From Synechococcales cyanobacterium (lineage in GTDB: Bacteria > Cyanobacteriota > Cyanobacteriia > Leptolyngbyales > Leptolyngbyaceae): DNA of 48,488 nucleotides. A program made the position numbers and the translations under genes. The stretch's first letter is position 1. Each line of letters starts with the position of its first letter. Under the pieces are notes generated by a model. The model saw only the letters and a program-made list of their open reading frames with translations. It searched no databases and had not been told where the DNA came from. The DNA is taken from the NCBI GenBank assembly GCA_043739045.1, contig JAYUEW010000059.1, positions 1 to 48,488 of the forward strand, given 5' to 3'. Below, in pieces: positions 46,292-48,488 of the stretch.

Positions 46292-46614
46292 ATGCGTCAT
46301 CCTCAGCTTGATGAAATTTTAGGTAAATTACGGTCGCACTTGGAAGATAGCTACGGCGATCGGCTTGCACAGATTGTCTTATATGGGTCTCAAGCGCGTG
46401 GAGATGCAACTCTAGATTCAGATATTGATGTGTTGATTGTCTTGGCAGATGAATGTGATCCACGATCGGAGATCGATCGAACAACCATATTTTTTCAGAC
46501 TTATGTATGGATTATGGCGTTTTAGTTTCCCAGGTTTGTGCACATCGTGATTGGGTTGAATGTAAGCCTAATCCTTTCTATCTGAATCTCAAGCGGGAAG
46601 GAATTTCAGTATGA
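46292..46614 (+). pseudogene. MNT-type nucleotidyltransferase antitoxin gene disrupted by a frameshift in a T6 run
   Basis: Frame 1 gives ...LYGSQARGDATLDSDIDVLIVL...EIDRTTIFF and then stops early. The reading frame starting one nucleotide earlier (-1) continues from the T-run (46490-46495) as SDLCMDYGVLVSQVCAHRDWVECKPNPFYLNLKREGISV*, the expected MNT C-terminus. The stop overlaps an ATG (GTATGA) that opens only a 12-codon stub. Confidence 0.7.
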
Positions 46615-46625
46615 GGGCACAGCAA

Positions 46626-46898
46626 TTAGCCTTGATAGTAAGACCTTGAAATATGGTCAGCACTCCAAGTGATGCGAGGTCTAATAATTTGACGACGTGC
46701 TTTCCACTCCGAAAAAGCACCTCTCTTCTTCAAATCCCGCTTCACCGCCTCGATCGCCCCATCACAACTCAAATCTGACTTCTGAGGGATACGAATAATC
46801 TCCGGCTCTTTTGAATGAGCGATCGTCGCCAAAAGTGACACAGAAATTACTGAGAGCAAAACCCTAGAAAGAATACGCATAACTACCCAAAATGACAC
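46626..46898 (-). CDS. Small secreted hypothetical protein
   Basis: 90-aa ORF with a signal-peptide-like N-terminus (RILSRVLLSVISVSLLATIAHS). Confidence 0.4.
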   Translation of the reverse strand: MSFWVVMRILSRVLLSVISVSLLATIAHSKEPEIIRIPQKSDLSCDGAIEAVKRDLKKRGAFSEWKARRQIIRPRITWSADHISRSYYQG

Positions 46899-46973
46899 AC
46901 CATCTATCCCTAATTTTTCCCATCAATTAAATCAAAATCCGAACTCTAATCAAAATCTCAAACAAGACTAATT

Positions 46974-47042
46974 TCAAGTCTTAATGTAAGACTTGTTTAA
47001 TACAACCTCCACATCCAAATACAACTCCTCGATCGTTAAACC
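46974..47042 (-). pseudogene. 3'-terminal fragment of a Uma2-family gene
   Basis: The minus strand reads *GLTIEELYLDVEVVLNKSYIKT*. The DNA CCACATCCAAATACAA(C/T)TCCTCGATCG is shared with the 3' end of the intact Uma2 gene (47912-47940, ...IEELYLDVEIV). Confidence 0.6.
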
Positions 47043-47259
47043 CTAAAATCCAGTCTGCCGATCGGGCGGGGGCACGATCGGAACTGTATACATAAAATCA
47101 ACATCAAACAATTATTTTTGGAACATTTAAATGTAGATTTTTGAAAAAGACCTAGGGCATTTACATGAAGATTTAGGCATTTTTCTTTGCTAATGTTTCA
47201 ATCTATTTAATAGTCGCCCAAAATTAGTTTTAGAAATTTCTTACCCGTGTATTCTACCA

Positions 47260-47775
47260 ATGCAACCCTTCAAAAAATTCCCTCATTTTTATTTCATAGC
47301 TTCAATCCTTTCGACCCTAGCGCTCAACGTCCCGATCGCATCTGCCAACACCACAATCATACGGACCCATAATCCTTTCTCTAACAGCAGTAGTTCAGGA
47401 ATGGTTGGTCCCAGGAACTATACCTACGGAGGAGGAGGCTCCCCATACCCATACCGCTGGATGAATCCAAACATTGTCCCCTATCGCCTCTCACCCACCC
47501 CACAAGGAAGCCCATACTTCACCTACCCACAAACCAACACCCGACCCTATTTCACAACAGAACCTCGCCAACCCCGACAAACAATGGGTCTAACCTACAC
47601 TAGTGAAGGAGGACTCGACCACTTCAGCATGTACATGGAATGGGGAAATATTGCGATCCAACAGAATCAACCGCAGGTCGCTCTGAACTGGTATCAAAAA
47701 GCCTTAGCCATGCGTCCCACCGATAAAAACGTAATCCGCGCAATTCAATCCCTGCAAACTTCCACTCGGAAATAA
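47260..47775 (+). CDS. Secreted Pro/Tyr-rich protein with a C-terminal TPR-like motif
   Basis: 171 aa. A signal peptide is followed by a P/Y/T-rich region, then WGNIAIQQNQPQVALNWYQKALAMRPTDKNVIRAIQSL (TPR-like). Confidence 0.5.
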   Translation: MQPFKKFPHFYFIASILSTLALNVPIASANTTIIRTHNPFSNSSSSGMVGPRNYTYGGGGSPYPYRWMNPNIVPYRLSPTPQGSPYFTYPQTNTRPYFTTEPRQPRQTMGLTYTSEGGLDHFSMYMEWGNIAIQQNQPQVALNWYQKALAMRPTDKNVIRAIQSLQTSTRK

Positions 47776-47879
47776 CGCATAGCCCATCAGTAAAATATAA
47801 ATAATTTCACTCCTACCCATTGTAAAAACAGCAAATTTTTAGAACGGGTAGGAGCTTAAAATCTTATATAAGACTAGTT

Positions 47880-48482
47880 CTAAGTCTCATCAAAAGACTC
47901 ATCTAACACAATTTCCACATCCAAATACAATTCCTCGATCGCAAACCTCGCACCAACACTCACCAACTCCACCACATCACCCGCACCATACCCCTCCAAC
48001 TCCCATCGCCCCGCAGCATTCAACCGAAACACATCCACACTCATGCGATCCTGAGCAATCAACACATACTCCTCAAGCGACTCCGATCGGCGATAATCCT
48101 CAAACTTCCGCCCCCGATCAAACGCCTCCGTCGAATCCGACAACACCTCCACAATCAACTTATAGTGCCGCTTCACATACCGATCGCCCTTATCCCGCTC
48201 ATCACAAGTCACCATCAAATCCGGATAATAATACCGAGACAACCCCTTAGGCCGAGCCTTCACGTCCTGTGGAAACAGCCGACAACCGTACTTCCTCACA
48301 AAAGGAATCAACGCCATAAACGTATTACCTACGATCGCAGCATGATCATCACTAGACCCTGCCATCGAAAACACCTCACCATCAATAAACTCATGCCGAA
48401 CCTCACTCCGCTCCTCCCACTCCAAATACTCCTCAGGAGAAAGCAACAAAACTCGATTCGCCACCATAACCATCACCCTCAA
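47880..48482 (-). CDS. Uma2 family (DUF820) PD-(D/E)XK endonuclease-like protein
   Basis: 200 aa. It has SPEEYLEWEE, EFIDGEVF.M, PDLMV...VEVLSDST and EEYVLI. The exact start among the N-terminal Met codons is uncertain. Codon third positions are almost all G or T. Confidence 0.8.
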   Translation of the reverse strand: MRVMVMVANRVLLLSPEEYLEWEERSEVRHEFIDGEVFSMAGSSDDHAAIVGNTFMALIPFVRKYGCRLFPQDVKARPKGLSRYYYPDLMVTCDERDKGDRYVKRHYKLIVEVLSDSTEAFDRGRKFEDYRRSESLEEYVLIAQDRMSVDVFRLNAAGRWELEGYGAGDVVELVSVGARFAIEELYLDVEIVLDESFDET

Positions 48483-48488
48483 TAAAAC

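Overview
The window looks like a cyanobacterial chromosome segment. The evidence is very dense HIP1-type GCGATCGC/CGATCG palindromes, a Ycf23-like gene and several Uma2 (DUF820) genes. All calls come from reading the sequence and ORF track and from remembered family motifs; no searches were run.

Positions 1-30.5 kb carry mostly ordinary genes:
- Rrf2 regulator and Ycf23-like protein.
- An Alg44-like/Alg8-like/PL14-lyase-like exopolysaccharide trio.
- ruvB, moaA, an amidase, a cysteine desulfurase and pdhB.
- A fasciclin protein and a CsbD/YflT-like/Usp stress cluster.
- An xfp-marC-ackA phosphoketolase operon.
- A REC-PAS-histidine kinase.
- An unusual protein fusing a cNMP-like domain, a degenerate sigma-54-type AAA+ domain and a NapH-like 4Fe-4S membrane domain.
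- PAP2, rnz and Uma2.

The main item is a 15,284-bp insertion (30553-45865) bounded by perfect 29-bp direct repeats.
- Its replication/regulation arm has an RHH regulator with 4 operator repeats, a Zn-finger/TOPRIM/VirE-type primase-helicase followed by an iteron field, and an HNH nuclease.
- A long opposite-strand arm has small membrane proteins and a membrane-anchored P-loop ATPase resembling the FtsK/HerA and type IV coupling protein (T4CP) families, followed by a GTAAC/GTTAC repeat array.
- That arm continues with a small gene followed by a strong terminator, an 812-aa Pro/Gly-rich protein, a phage tail-fibre protein and a C1q-like tip.
- I could not recognise an integrase, terminase, portal or major capsid protein.
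- The element has host-like HIP1 density.

I read it as a resident virus-like, satellite-like or possibly non-tailed element of unclear type.

The DNA flanking the insertion has extreme strand compositional asymmetry of opposite polarity. The plus strand is G+T-rich on the left and A+C-rich on the right, independent of gene orientation. Together with the missing integrase, this raises a testable Xer/dif-like (terminus) integration hypothesis.

Positions 45.9-48.5 kb carry a frameshifted MNT antitoxin gene with a HEPN stub, small secreted proteins, a Uma2 fragment and another Uma2 gene.
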